Shown: positions 11,734-25,839, counted from the stretch's first letter. The stretch is 64,000 nucleotides of DNA from Ginglymostoma cirratum (GCA_024137785.1 JAHRHZ010000222.1:31109996-31173995), one strand, 5' to 3'. Numbers and translations are program-made. Notes: generated from the letters alone by a model not told the origin.

Positions 11734-13359
11734 CTGGAATGCAAACAGATTTACAATATAAAAATTCAATCACATCAAAATATTTAGCTATAGTCCTCTT
11801 TATGCAGATAGACTGATACTTTAGAATTATTTCTTGCACACATGCACTTTTCAAAAACAAATCAATTTCGCATTTCAGAAACTTGCTGGACCTAATGATT
11901 TATCTAGAAAAAGTAAAATTCAAATCCTTGAGGTCAAGTGTTTGCTGGTAGCTGATGCACCCATTGCACCCTCTCACATGGACAAACTTTAAATTCCATG
12001 AAATTGATATAAAAATCATAAGTTCCTATTTCTGTAAACAAACCAAGATAGAATGAAATTGGCCTATTAAGCTCAATGGCAACATTCATTCAGAACAGGT
12101 CAAAACATTTTACAAAAAAAAAAAAAAAACTGCATCTGAAAATGGTTTACAAGACGACTTGACAATTTCTACCTGATATCCCCACGCTTGTTAGAAAAAG
12201 GATCTGCACTTCCACAGGAGTGCAGTTATGGCACAGAAGATGGTCATGCGGCTGATAAAAATCTTTAACGCGGTCATTTATTCACAAGTTAAACTTGGAC
12301 ACTGATTGCATGATAGGCCAAAATTAAAGTTCAAGGACTTCTTAAAGGAGTACCTCAGGAAAAGTCTCCTGTTCACCACTGACATATACATCTACATCTA
12401 CATCTGATAGACTTAAAGAACATGACTACATGAGCTAGGAAACAATCTTAAGCAGTGGCATTGTTTCCTTAAAGCAGTAAAGAATATGGGCAGAAGAGGA
12501 CAAAAGGCAGTTAGAAAGACTGCCAGTCCCAACAAAACTCTGCCAATTCATACCGACACTGGAAAACCATGCAGGTTTGCGGAGACTTCACAGCCATGTT
12601 AGAATGTACAATAGATGTTATGCAAGCACAAAAAAAAAGGTGAATAGTCGAACTATTTACTCAATCTTACTTATGTGCTCTTTACCTACACACTGTCTTG
12701 AAATTTTTCTCTTTACTTATTTATTCAATTCCCTTTTCAGGATTACCACTGAATCTGCTTTCACCATCATTTCAGGAAATAAGATTCCAGATCCTCGTGA
12801 TAATTCATGTTGAGAAATGGATGGAAGGAAATGCTGATAGGATCAGATGAAATAAGACAGAAGGTAGTTTCTGGGTTTAATGGAATTATAATTCAGAAAT
12901 GTGGAATACAAGTTAGCTATCTGCTTATAGCTTCCCAAAATAAATTGAAGGATTATTTTCCATGACACACACATTCCGTATTCAACATATCTTTTGCATA
13001 GCACACAGGAGAACTAACTTCCTGAAAAAAAACTGCATCAATGGGAGAGGCCGCAATATTTCCTCCATCCCTTTAGCTTTCTTTTAAAGAAGATGAGGTA
13101 ACGTTGGTTCTTTATAATATATTGTCTTCTGCACCCTCAAAAACTTGCAAGAACTGTACTTTTGATCATTATGGTAATCTGCATTTAATGACTCTTAACA
13201 AGAAGTCAGAAAAACACAGTTTGCAGTTTAAATCCACATCAGAAACAGTACAGCACAGGAACAGGCTAGAACACCATTCACAACTACCTTGGCTCTAACA
13301 GTCTCATTCCTCTAATTTTTCCAATACCCACAACATTTTCCTCTTTCAGGTATTTGCAA

Positions 13360-15900
13360 TTTACAATGATTTAACGGACAGCAACGGAGGCAGAGTTGCT
13401 AACTTGGTGGACAACACAAAGTGGAATAGGAAAATATGCCATGAAAGAGACATAAGGAAGTTGGAGACAGCAACAGATAGATGGAGTGAGTGGGCAAAAA
13501 ATTGAGGGATGGATTTTAATGTGGGAAAGTGTTCACTTTGGCAGAAGGAAAGACGACGCACAGTGTTACTTAAATGGAGAATGGCTTCAGAATTCTGAGA
13601 TACAGAGGCATCTTGCTGTTCAAGTGCACGAGTCACAAAAACCTAGCATGCTGAGACAGCATATAAATCAAGAAAGCTAATGGGATGCTATAATTTACTA
13701 CAATTACAGAGATGGTGGTGCTGGATGGTTTAAAACACAAAGGTGGATAAATCTCTGGGACCTGCTCAGGCATATCCTAGATTTCCGAGAAGCTTGGGAT
13801 GATTGCTGGGCCCCTTGCTGAGATATTTGTATCATCGATAGCCACAAGTGAGGTGTTGGAAGACCGAAGGGATGCCAACGTGCTGCCAATATTTAAGGAA
13901 AGGGGCAAGGAAAAGCCAGGGAACTATTGACTGGTAAGCCTTACATTGGTGGTGGGCAGGATTTACATGTACTTGGAAAGGCAAGGACAGATTAGGGATA
14001 GTCAACATGGCTTTGTGCGTGAGAAATCATGTCTCACTAACTTGATTGAGTTTCTTGAAGTAGTAACGAACAGGATGAATGACGGCAGAGCGGTATGCAT
14101 GATCAATATGGACTTCAGAAAGTCAATATGGACAAGCTTCTTCACGGTTGATTGATTAGCACGGTTAGATCACATGGAATACAGGGAGAATTAGCCATTT
14201 GGATACAGAACTGGTTTGAAGGTTGAACACAGGAGGGTGGTGGAGGGTTGCTTTTCAGACTGGTGACCTGTGAAGAGATATGCCACAAAGGTTGGTGCTG
14301 GGTCCACTGCTTTTCATCATTTATATAAATGACTTGGATGTGAACATAGAGGTATGGTTAGTAAGTTTGCATATGACACCAAAATTGGAGGTGGAGAGGA
14401 CAGCAAAGAAGGTTACCTCAGAGTACAATGGGATCTTGATCAGATGGGCCAATGGGCTGAAGAGTGGCAGATGGAGTTCAATTTAGATAAATGTGAAGTG
14501 CTGCATTTTGGAAAGGCAAATCAGAGCAGGACTTATACACTGAATGGTAAGGTGCTGGGGAGCGTGACCTTGGAGTGCAGGTTCATAGTTCCTTAAAAGT
14601 AGAGTTGTGCGTAGATACTGAAGAAGGCGTTTTGTTTGGAGACAGTAAGGACTGCAGATGCTGGAAGCTAGAGTCAATAAACGTGGAGCTGGAAAAGCAC
14701 AGTAGATCAGACAGCATCCGAGGAGCAGGAAAAAGCAATATTTCAGGCCGAAACCCTTTGTTCAGTGCAATGAGTTTAGGAGTTGGGAGGCTGTACAGGT
14801 CATTGGTTAGGCCACTTTTGGAATACTGCTTGCAATTCTGCCAAAGGATGTTGTGAAACAAGAAAGGGTTCAGAGAAGATTTACAAGGATGTTGCCAAGT
14901 TTGGAGGGTTTGAGCTACAGAGAGAAGCTGAGGGGTGACATCATAAAGATTTATAAAATCATGAAGGGCACGGATAGGGTGAATAGACAAGGACTTTTCT
15001 GGATGGGGTGGGGGAGTCCAAAACTAGACGGAATAGGTTTAAGGTGAGAGGGGTAAGACATAAAAGTGACCTAAAGGGTAACTTTTTCCACACAGAGGGT
15101 GGTGCGTATATGGAATGAGCTGCCAGAAGAAGTGGGGGAGGCTGGTACAATTACAACATTTAAAAGGCATCTGGATGGGTATATGAATAGGAAGGTTTAG
15201 AGGGATAGAGGACAAATGGGACTAGATTTATTCAGGATATTTGGACAGCATGGACGAGTTGGACTGAAAGGTCTATTTTAATGCTGTACATCTTTATGAC
15301 TCTTGAGAAAAATCAAACATAAAAGTATGGATGTTACGCTTTAGATATACAGGTCATTGTTGAGACCATGTCTCAAACACTGTGTCCAGTTTTGGTCTCC
15401 TAATTGAGGAAGGATGTAAGTGGGTTGGTGGAGATTCAGGAGGTTTACTAGATGGACACCTGGAATGACTAGGTTGTCTTATGAGAATAGGTCAGGCTGG
15501 GCTTGTTTCCAGTGGAGCTTTAAGGGTGAGGGGTGATTTGACTGAAGTGGATAGGATCCTAAAAGATGCTGACAAGGTAGATGTGGAAAAGATGCATTTC
15601 TTTGTGGGTCAGTCCAGAACGAGAGGGCACCCTTTGTAGTCACCTCTTCTGGAAAAAATTAAGAAATTTATTTTTCTTTGAGAGCTTTGCTATTTTAGAA
15701 CTCTGCCTCAGAAGAGGGTGGAAGCAGGAACATTGCTTACTGTTAAAACAGACCTAGATAAATTTTTGCTTGGCTAGGGAATCAAAAGATCATTGGGGAT
15801 AGAAGGGAATATGGAATTTGAAACACTTAGATCAGCTATAATCTTAATAAATGGCAGAGCAGGCCTGAGGGCCCAAATACACTATTTCTGCCAGTATTTT
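13360..15900 (+). mobile_element. Cluster of CR1/HER1-type LINE fragments in POP4 intron 5; main copy ~13705-15300 with a nested PLE tail at ~14640-14765
   Basis: RT motifs in ORFs: SQHGFVREKSCLTNLIEF, PQ..VLGPLLFIIYINDLD, SKFAYDTKIGG, WQMEFNLDKCEVLHFG. Confidence 0.9.
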
Positions 15901-16320
15901 GTAAATTCATATTACCCAGTTCCCTTTTGGAGGGCAATATTGAACAGATCCCCATTAAATTATCTGGTAGTGCATCCCAAACCCCAACTATTTGCTGTGT
16001 AAGTTTTTTTTCACTCCTCAAGCCACCTTTGTTTCTGTTGCTACAATAACCTCAAAATTGTGCCCTCTGGTTGCTGGCTATCTACTGGAAGCAGTTATTT
16101 ATATCTACTCATTCTAAACCTGTTCTGAATATTTGAATGAAATTTCCTCTTAGCTTTTTTGACTCTAAGGAGAGCAGTCTCAGCTTATCCAGTTTTTTTG
16201 AACAATTTAGATGGGTCAAACATGTTATCTGAGAACATTCAGCAATTCTGTGTAAGTCTTGAGAGTTATCTTCCTTGCTGTAGATTCTTCATAGTTTACC
16301 AAATTTAACTATATATGCAC

Positions 16321-16382
16321 CTGTCACAATGGCTCCGTGAAAATCTGCCTTGAGCAATTTGGTCTGGATCATCTGTGTCTGC
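16321..16382 (-). CDS. POP4: POP4 exon 5
   Basis: ttttag|G ... ACAG|gtgcat; 62 nt; (T)QTQMIQTKLLKADFHGAIVT. Confidence 0.96.
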
Positions 16383-17712
16383 CTAAAAATATTAGAAGAA
16401 AGGATAGCAATAAAGCAATCAGTTATTCTGTGGGATTTATCAGCAATCTGAAGTGCAATAAAAAGCATTTCTTTCAATACTAAGCTTAGCCAAAAATAAA
16501 TGAAACCTTTAAAAAAGTTATTTTTGGAAGGATTTCAGTATGGAGGCAATACAAATATGATTATTAATTTTTCTCTAATTCTCTTCCATATTTGTATAAA
16601 CCCCCACAGAGAGTGACCATTTTTAATTAATCAAAATTAATTGCTGCTTTATTAATGCATGATTTTGTTGTGACAAACGTTACAACCCACTTTGGAAATG
16701 GCACTGATTTTCAAGTCCCGCTACTCCCAGGGTTGGCACATAAGTTAATGATTCAATCAAAGCACACCAGGTCCCTTATTTACATGTCTGTTGGAATCAA
16801 ATTATCAGAAAACGCTGACCACATCTCTGCACTTATCAAGAACTAGTCTCCACTACCGATGCTCAGTAACAGCAGTGTGGACTATCTACAAAATGCACTG
16901 CAAAAATTTGCCAAAGATCCTCAGCCAACACCTCCCAAACTTGCCATCTGGAAGCATAAGGCCAGCCGATACATGGGAACACTACCACCTGCAAGTTCCC
17001 CAAGCCACTCATCCTGACTTGAAAATATAATGCCATTCCTTAACTGTTACTGGGTCAAAATCCTGGAATTCCTTCTTAAATGGCATTGTGAGTCAACCCA
17101 CAGCAGGAGGGCTGCAGTGGTTCAAGGAGGCAGCTTCTCAAGGGCAACTAGGGATGGGCAAGAAATGCTGACCAGTCAGCAACACTCACATCCCATGAAT
17201 GAATAATAAGAATCTTTAAATAAACTAATTACTTTATCTGCAATTTAATAGAGAGGTGTCCTTCCTGATTCAAGACCCATTCAAATTAAAATGGACATCT
17301 TGCCTCCTAAACTGGTAGGCAGAAGAAAACAAGGCTTCTTTATCACATAAATAAAGTGAGCAATATATCTGGGGCAAGTGGACATTAAATTTAAAATATT
17401 ATCAAAGTGTTGGCAGTAGGCTTTCACAGTTGAGAAGCAACAGTTAAAGACTGAACAAAATTAATCTTGTGTTTGATGAGAAAACCTTTGTATTTTTATC
17501 CCAAAATAATCAAGTCATTTTAATAAGCAGTGTTCTTAATACTAACCAAACTCTGATGGATTATTGTGAAATCACTTAGACTTCCAAACAGCCCCATTAT
17601 CATTTACATTGAGATCAAGGAATCTTTCCAATTTCACACAAGTATAACAGAAACTTTCAGTAGCCGGTGACTGTAAAATGTGCCCATTCTACACTGCAAC
17701 TACTTTACTTAC

Positions 17713-17790
17713 GTATCAGGTTTCAAGCCATTACATAAGTCACGAATGTATTGCTTCCATAACTCATGCAAAGGGAGAAACAATTCATAT
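17713..17790 (-). CDS. POP4: POP4 exon 4
   Basis: tttttccag|A ... AC|gtaagt; 78 nt; (R)YELFLPLHELWKQYIRDLCNGLKPD. Confidence 0.97.
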
Positions 17791-18643
17791 CTGGAAAAAA
17801 AAAGTTTAGTTTAGCATTTTAACATCTATAAATTAAAAATGTCTGAATCATACCTATCTAACAGGCAATAATTAACATTTCACTGAAATCTTCTTGAACA
17901 GAAAAGATGTATCTGATGTGTAGAATTCAGAGTACAGAACAAGGCCCATGACAACGTTACAAAGAATTAAACTTATGTTTAAAAAACTGAAAAGATTTTA
18001 CTCAAAACAGAAATACTAATGTATTTTCTCCTAGACAATGACAAAGTTAATGCAGAGAGCATGTTATATCTGCCCAGCATTTGATTAAAATAACCTCAGA
18101 CACCAAATTCATATGAAATCAAAAAGAAATGCTATTGTTCACATACTTAATGCAAGGGATCAATAAGAATTTTCAAAGCTCCAAGTTACAAATGAATGCC
18201 ACTATCATGAGTTTGAACACATTTTATGTCTGTATAAATACCAATTTCGAATCAAAGTTTTTTTAATTTTTAATTCTGAGTTATTAAAAATGAAGTTTTC
18301 TACTTTCTCAACAATATATGATCCTCAGTGTGGAACAGCGGATGCCATTGTAGATTTCACTATATGCATCAATTCAAATTATCAACAGACATAAAGCACA
18401 TGTCCAGCATGGGACATGTACTTCAAGAATCTCTGAGATGGTGTTCCTCAGTAATCAGAGGCATTGTATCTTCTTAAATCAGTTAAAGTTCTACAAAACT
18501 CAAAGAAACAATGTAGAAACTAGAAGTTAATGCATGCCTTGTGCAACATGAGCCAATATTGCAGATTTCACTTTGTAACTGTACCAATTTGGAAACCAAA
18601 ACTAGCAGGGAAAAATATCTTAGCATCAACACAACCATCTTAC

Positions 18644-18867
18644 CTTTGTTCTTCTGGTTTAAGTTCAAATATTCTCAACTCCCGCCTCTCTTTGGCAGAA
18701 AGACATTTTGTTTTCTTCCTCTTCTTTTTCTTACGCTTCTTTAAGATATGCTCAAGAATAACAGCTTTTCTGTTTAAATGTGTCTGAATCTGCTCAGCAC
18801 CCAACCGTGGCAAACTATTCTTGAGAAAAGCATTTACAAATGCTTCAGCCTGTTTGGATCCCTGGGG
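18644..18867 (-). CDS. POP4: POP4 exon 3
   Basis: gacag|CCC ... AAAG|gtaaga; 224 nt; PQGSKQAEAFVNAFLKNSLPRLGAEQIQTHLNRKAVILEHILKKRKKKKRKKTKCLSAKERRELRIFELKPEEQ, including the basic nuclear/nucleolar targeting stretch. Confidence 0.97.
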
Positions 18868-19711
18868 CTGTCAGAAGGAATTCAAGAATTATCTGAAAGC
18901 TATAAACAGCTTTTCCTGAGGGTTGGTAATTGCAGCTCCAACAAATGATGTTAGACTTTACCAAATATTAACATTGTCCTAAAAACATAATATTTTATAC
19001 TTTAAATCCATGAATGTAAACACATTATGAAATTATACAATTCCCACTTACTGTGCATATTTACACAAAATTACAGGATATAAAGCATGAAGCATAAATC
19101 AACAACAAAAAGAAACAAAACCAGGTACACCACCCACCTTCGACCAACACATCAGAACTGATAAAGGCAAACAAACAGTCTTGTTGACCCTGCAAAATCC
19201 TCCTTACTAACATCTGGGGATTTGTGCCAAAATTGGGAGAGCAGTCTCACAGACTAGTCAAACAACAATTTGATATAATCATACTCACCAGTCATAAAAA
19301 TTACAGACAACATCTCAGACAAGATCATTCTCCTCTCTGGGTATGTCCTGTTGCACACTCATGACAAACCCACTGGAAGTGGCAGCACAGTGGAATACAG
19401 TTGTGAGGAAGTTGTCTACAGTGAATCTGGACCCTTACAGTCTCATGGCATCAAGTCTGACCATGGATAAGGAAGGCTCCTGCAGTTTCCCCCCATCCGT
19501 CAACTGATTAATCAGTAGTGGTGAAAACTAATTGACAGAAGCACAGAGGTAGGCAATGGCATCGAATGTATTCTGGGAGGGAGAACCTCAACATCGATCA
19601 CAAGGAATAAAGGACATAGCTGCTTTAAATATTATGGCTAAGAGCAGGTGAAATGCTGAGAATTTTGGAGGAAGTAATTCTCTTTGATTGGCCTGTTCAC
19701 CCAGGAATATT

Positions 19712-20281
19712 GAGATAACAAGGCATGGGGCTGGATGAACACAGCAGGCCAAGCAGCATCACAGGAGCAGGAAAACTCGACGTTTCGGGCCTAGACCCTT
19801 CATCAGAAAAGGCCCGAAACGTCAAGTTTTCCTNNNNNNNNNNNNNNNNNNNNNNNNNNNNNNNNNNNNNNNNNNNNNNNNNNNNNNNNNNNNNNNNNNN
19901 NNNNNNNNNNNNNNNNNNNNNNNNNNNNNNNNNNNNNNNNNNNNNNNNNNNNNNNNNNNNNNNNNNNNNNNNNNNNNNNNNNNNNNNNNNNNNNNNNNNN
20001 NNNNNNNNNNNNNNNNNNNNNNNNNNNNNNNNNNNNNNNNNNNNNNNNNNNNNNNNNNNNNNNNNNNNNNNNNNNNNNNNNNNNNNNNNNNNNNNNNNNN
20101 NNNNNNNNNNNNNNNNNNNNNNNNNNNNNNNNNNNNNNNNNNNNNNNNNNNNNNNNNNNNNNNNNNNNNNNNNNNNNNNNNNNNNNNNNNNNNNNNNNNN
20201 NNNNNNNNNNNNNNNNNNNNNNNNNNNNNNNNNGCCTTGTTATCTCGGATTCTCCAGCATCTGCAGTACCTTTTATCTCTC
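19712..20281. mobile_element. PLE fold-back insertion in POP4 intron 2, nested in an older LINE, spanning a gap
   Basis: 15-bp TSD TCACCCAGGAATATT at 19697-19711 and 20282-20296. Hammerhead core CTGATGA-A-GGGTCTAGGCCC-GAAAC-GTC on minus at 19779-19806. Confidence 0.9.
19834..20233. other. Assembly gap (400 N)
   Basis: Run of N. Confidence 1.
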
Positions 20282-20647
20282 TCACCCAGGAATATTCTCC
20301 ATTTGGCTGTATGAGTGCAGCTCCAACAATACTTAAGGCATTTGACACCATTAAGGATAAGGTAACCTACTTTCCTGAACCTCATTCACCATCTTTAAAA
20401 TTCTTTCCCTCCCGCACCAATGCACAGTGGCAGCAGTGTATACCTGCTACAAGAAGCACTGCTGCAACTCTACAAGGCTCCTTTAACATTAGCTTTCAAA
20501 CCTGAAACTACACCACCTAAAAGAACAAGGGCAGGAACCACTTGCAAGTTCCTTGCTGAGCCACACACCATCCCATGGATGTCAGACAATCCGGATTTCT
20601 GTAGATTCCCGAATGTGCATTTTGGGTCATGCATATGCTTTCTGACT

Positions 20648-20729
20648 ATGACACCAGGTTATAGTCCAACTGGTTTATTTGAAAACGCAAGCTTTCCAAT
20701 AAACCTGTTGGACTATAACCTGGTGTCAT
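20648..20729. repeat. 32-bp inverted repeat (1 mismatch, 18-nt spacer), probably a fold-back of another PLE family terminus
   Basis: atgacaccaggttatagtccaactggtttatt (20648-20679) pairs with aataaacctgttggactataacctggtgtcat (20698-20729). Confidence 0.8.
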
Positions 20730-20891
20730 GTGATTTCTGACCTTGTTCACCCAGTCTTAAGCCAGCACCTCCACATCATATTGTGAAATTGGAACATCAT
20801 GACCATTGTGCTCAAGCTCTAATCATGTTGTTCTCAGCACTGACAACACAGAAACACCAGAGGGCAGCAGTGACTGTAATGTGGCACGTAC

Positions 20892-20944
20892 CTGAATGTC
20901 CAAGTGAGATGTTCCTTTCGCAGAAATCGCGCTGTAAATGATAT
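20892..20944 (-). CDS. POP4: POP4 exon 2
   Basis: ttgaag|AT ... TCAG|gtacgt; 53 nt; (N)IIYSAISAKGTSHLDIQ. Confidence 0.93.
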
Positions 20945-21219
20945 CTTCAACAGGGAAACAAACTTCAGTTAAAATGGGTACAAAGATGGCAGCAAGAATA
21001 AACAATATAGCTGTCATTTCATTAAATCATACTAAAGCACAAGTTATTTAAAATGTTATTTCAAACAGAAATGTAAATTTAGATTTACTCTGCTAATCAA
21101 AGATATTCTGCTGGGATCTTTGACAACTGTGACATGCCATGCAGAAACCTATAAAACAAAAAGACAACTTAAAGAAGCCACAAAGTAAAACCTTACTTCC
21201 TAAGATGAGAGGCAGAACA

Positions 21220-22295
21220 ACTTGGCTCTGACCTCTATAATCATGAAGTGATTTGAGAGGCTGGTCATGGCCCACATCAACTCCAGTTTCCCAGCCTGCC
21301 TTGAACCCCACTACAGTTTGCCTACCAACATAATAGGTCCAGAGGATGCCATATCTCTAGCCCTGCACTCATCCCTAGAGCATCTGGATGACAAAGACAC
21401 CCATGTCAGACTCATGCTCATGGACTACAGCTCCGCCTTCAACACCATTATCCCCTCCAAAATGATCTCAAACCTCCATGACCTTAGTCTCTGCTCCGCC
21501 CTCTGCAAATGGATCCTCAGACCGCAGTGAAGATTGGTAACTGCACCTCCTCCACAATAACACTCAACACTGGAGTCCTCTACTGTACTTCCTGTACACC
21601 CACGACTGTGTTGCCAAATTCCGAATGAACATCATCTACAAGTTCACTTATGACATCACCACAGTAGGACAGGTATCTAACAATGACAAGTCAAAATACA
21701 CAAGGGAGATAGAGGGCTTGGTGACGTGGTGCAATGAGAACAATATCTCTCAACATTGGCAAAACTGAAGAACTGATCGTTGTCTTCAGAAAGAAAGGAG
21801 AACATGCCCCCCAACTACATCAATGGAAGAGAGGTTCAGAGGGTGGACAGCGTCAAGTTTCTCGGAGCGATGATAACCAACAACCTGTCCCACGTAAATG
21901 CGACAGTCAAGAAGGCACAACACCTCTTCTTCCTCAGGCGGCTCAGGAAATTTGGCATGTCTGTAAGGTCCCTCACCAACTTCTACAGGTGCACCATGGA
22001 AAGTTTACTGTCCAGGTGCATAACGGCTGAGTATAGCAACTGCTCTGCCCAGTATTGTAAGAAACTATAAAAAGAAGTGTTCATAGCCCAGACCATCACG
22101 GAAGTCAACCTTCCATTCATGGACTCCATGCTGCCAACAAAGACCTATTGCACCCCAGTAATGGTCTCCTACAACCTCTTCAGTCAGGCAGAAGATATAG
22201 AAGCCTGAACACACGCACCAGCAGGTTCGGGAACAGCTGTTTCCGTGCTGTTATTAGACTGATGAATGGATTCTCTAGCCTCAAATAATGCTGAG
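21220..22295 (+). mobile_element. Rex1/Babar-like LINE 3' fragment
   Basis: DAISLALHSSLEHLD.KDTHVRL..DYSSAFNTIIP and VDSVKFLG..I...VKKAQ.LFFLRRLRKFG...LTNFYRCT.ES.L motifs. Confidence 0.85.
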
Positions 22296-24589
22296 GCATA
22301 CAGGTTACATTGCACAGTGTGTGTGTGTGTTAGGCGAGATCAAAGTCTTTTTACAACCTCTGATCTGACACCCTTGCCTACTATGATCTATTTTCCACTG
22401 TACTTTGGTACATGTGAGAAATTAAAAAAAAAACAAACCTAAGGAAATTCATGGATAAAACAAAAAATCTGTTGGCCATGAATGAATATTTCCATTCTTT
22501 CCACCCCCGAGATTCTTCCAAGCTAAGATGCTTAACTTCAGGCTGAACCCTGAACCTGCTTTGACTATTTGACTTGGTGATTCAGTGGGCTCTAAACACA
22601 CCAGTTATCAGGAATCTTTTGTGGTACTTCTAAGAAGGATTTGTGACATTTTCTGTGATTGAGGCTGGATAAAATAAACTAAATTATTTGTCTGCTCTCG
22701 ACCATAGGGTCTGTTTCCATACTCTGACTCTAAGGAACCCTTTTTGTAGATGGGGCAGGGAAAGAAAAGGAGGAGAAAATAAACCATGATTAAATGCCAT
22801 GGTAACATCTTCGCCAAGTTTAAAAATGTATACATATTTTCTTCCAAAATGGATTTGAAATATTAAAAGAAATATCCAGAGAATTTAGATGATACTTGAT
22901 TTACATGGTAGGCCGTGCATTTGACAGCTGCTTGTACAAGTCTCTTCAAAGTTTTCATTTTAGTCAACTGTCAAATAGGCCATGTACTTATTTTGCTGAA
23001 ATCGAACAATTTGCACAACACATCAAGTCCAGTGACTCTCCAAGCATGACAAACAACTTCTTTAATGCTCTGATGGACACTGAGCAAGTCAAAAATCAAT
23101 TCAAAGCTAAGCAGAGTAATTTACAGCCTAATTTTATTGCCTAACGAGTTTGAACAAAAAGTGTAAAGCACTAATTACAAAAATAATTCCAGAGTTAGTT
23201 GGTGTTTTATCAGGATTCCATTTACATTGATCCTTGACTGGACAGAGCTGACTCCCACATCAGTTATTCCCACATCAGCACATTTTCTGGCTTTGTTTCT
23301 CAAATGTAAAAGCAAGCATTTTAGGGACTTGAGGTTTTCTTTAGAAGTTTTAGACCAGTCAGATCTATGCAGCTCATTTAGAACACCATGAAACAATAAG
23401 TGGTACACTTATAGAACTAAACAATAGTTAGTGTGGGATGCAGCTGTCAACTATAGCAGCCAATTTCAGAGAATTCTAAGAGGCAAAAAAAAAGTACATT
23501 TGACACATTCGTGGGGTTAAGTATTGATATTTACAAATCTCAATCAAAATCACAAAATCTGTTTAGAAAGGGCACAGAAACAACAGACAAAATGGACAGT
23601 TTATGCAAAATTAAAGATGTATCATGAAAAAAACAGTGGCTTTTTCCACATTAAATCACATGAATATGCAGCCTACAGAAAATACCTCAAGCCCAATATC
23701 CCTTTACGAATGAGCTCCTAGGAATCACCATCACATTGCTACGGAAGAAAACTTCAAACTTTTATTCTTCTATTCAACAAGAGCTTTCTGGCAGAATGAT
23801 AGAAGTCTTCACAGAACTGTTTACTTGATATATTAAGTACTGGAAATGAGGACCATGTCTATTTGATTAATTTGCTAAATGTTTTCCCTTCATTTTGATT
23901 AAAAAGACAGTTTTTAAGCTGATTATTCACTTTAATTTCATTCCAAGATTAAAGTTCTCACCAACTGCTGATGTCTGAAGTTTGGGCGATACAATACGAG
24001 TTGACTGTTTTCTAAATGAACTATGAAGCAACATGCTGAAAGTGCTGAAACTTCATTAACATTTGCTTTTACTGGTAACTTAAAACAAATATATCAGCTT
24101 GCCCCAAATGTACAAAATAGTAGTGAACTCCTCTACCTGCACAATCCAATGAGAATAAGGTAAATGCCTCATTACTTCTTCCTGCTGCGTAACCTTAATT
24201 AGCCATTCTTTACTGGATTATTGAATCGTAGTATTTCCAATTGTTGTGAAAGTATACATTGTTGTTAAATGAGAACCTTCACTTTACAACAGAGTTAATA
24301 GTTCAGTCAACACCTGCCCACTTACAGCATGATTCTTTCCTGTAGAGAAGAGCTAAGTGTAGATCAGTGATTTCTTCGCATAACAGCTCAGAACAATCTC
24401 GCATGAATTTATTAGCGCAAGAATGATTCAGTCACAACTTCAAAGCTCCAAGATGGAGAAGGCTTATTTATGGAGTGAGAATACTTCAAAGATATATACA
24501 TAAATGCTTGAAAGTAAATTACTGGGTGATTTGTGGCTCTGGCTGTTATGTGGAATCTTTGTTCTAAACGTTATTCTATTTATAAGCAT

Positions 24590-25205
24590 GACTCAGAGTC
24601 AGAGTTACAGCATGGAAACAGACTATTCAGTCCAACTCATCCTTGCTGACCAGATATCCTAAACTGATCTAGTTCCATTTGCCAACATTTGGCCCATATC
24701 CGTCTAAACCTTCTTATTCATGTAGCTGTCCAGATGCCTTATGTTGTAATTGTACCTGCTTCGCTCGCTCCTGACATGCACCATTCTCTGCACAAGAACA
24801 TTGCCTCTCACGTCTCTTTTAAATGTTTCCTCTCTCACCTTAAATCTATGCCCTCTGGTTTTGCACTCCCCTATCCTGAGGGAAAGACGTTGGGTATTCA
24901 TCCTACCCATGCCCTTCATGATTTTATAAACCTCTATAAGGTCACCCCTCAGCTTCTGAGCCTCCAGGGATATTAGCCCCAGCCTATTCAGCCTCTCCCT
25001 ATAGCTCAACCCTCCAATTCTGGAAACATCCTTGTAAATCTTTTTGGAATCCTTTCAAGTTTAAACAACATTTCTCATTTTGTAGGCAGACCAGACCTGA
25101 ACGCAGTGTTCCAAACATGGCTTCACCGATGTCCTGTACAATCACAACATGACATCCCAACTCCTATACTCAATGCACTGACCAATAAAGGCAAGCATGC
25201 CAAAC
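24590..25205 (-). mobile_element. CR1/HER1 LINE 3' end
   Basis: ORF 24704-25009 SYRERLNRLGL.SLE..KLRGDLIEVYKIMKG...TRGHRFKV. Confidence 0.88.
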
Positions 25206-25723
25206 CAACAATATAGAGATTTTGTAAAGAGAAATCATTGCTTTGCTAAATGAAGTTGTGGAGAGTGTCAGCTTTAAGATTAACCTTCAAGGTAAAAGGA
25301 ATTTCAGGGTTTCAGTAGGGGAAAGTATAAAGAATGAGACAAACAGATGTTATGGAGATAATAGAAAACAACAGATCAGAAAGGAGAATGAAGCTTAAAA
25401 TCAGGGTTGTAAAATTCACCACTTTTCGACTTGGTGTCAGATCATACCCAGGAAAATTCCAAAGCCATTGACAGGTATTACAGTAGCTGGTTGGAACTGA
25501 ACATGGCTTTGAATACTAATTATTCAGGAGGAAATATTTATCTCATGCACCTTTAATTGAGACAAGCAGCATGAGGTTATCGAAACAACCCCCAAAGAAT
25601 CTGAAGCCAGAACAAGCTGGCTGCTAAGCAGTGTGTATGAGAAATGAAGCTGTGCCTGCGAAGTCCGTCAATAACGATGAGAAAGGCTTTGCTAACTGAA
25701 ACGCGGTCTATATGAATCTTGGA

Positions 25724-25814
25724 TAACAAGGTGTAGAGCTGGATGAACACAGCAGGCCAAGCAGCATCTGAGGAGCAGGAAGGCTGACGTTTCGGGCCTA
25801 GACCCTTCTTCAGA
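25724..25814 (-). mobile_element. Solo ~100-bp PLE terminal unit with intact hammerhead core in POP4 intron 1
   Basis: Flanked by AATCTTGGA at 25715-25723 and 25815-25823. Core CTGAAGA-A-GGGTCTAGGCCC-GAAAC-GTC at 25786-25813 (minus). Confidence 0.85.
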
Positions 25815-25839
25815 AATCTTGGACATGTTAACTGAAGCT

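Noticed and set aside
11507-11860. 117-aa ORF around POP4 exon 6
   Set aside because: Only 11632-11733 is POP4-like and bounded by splice sites; the flanks are chance open intron.
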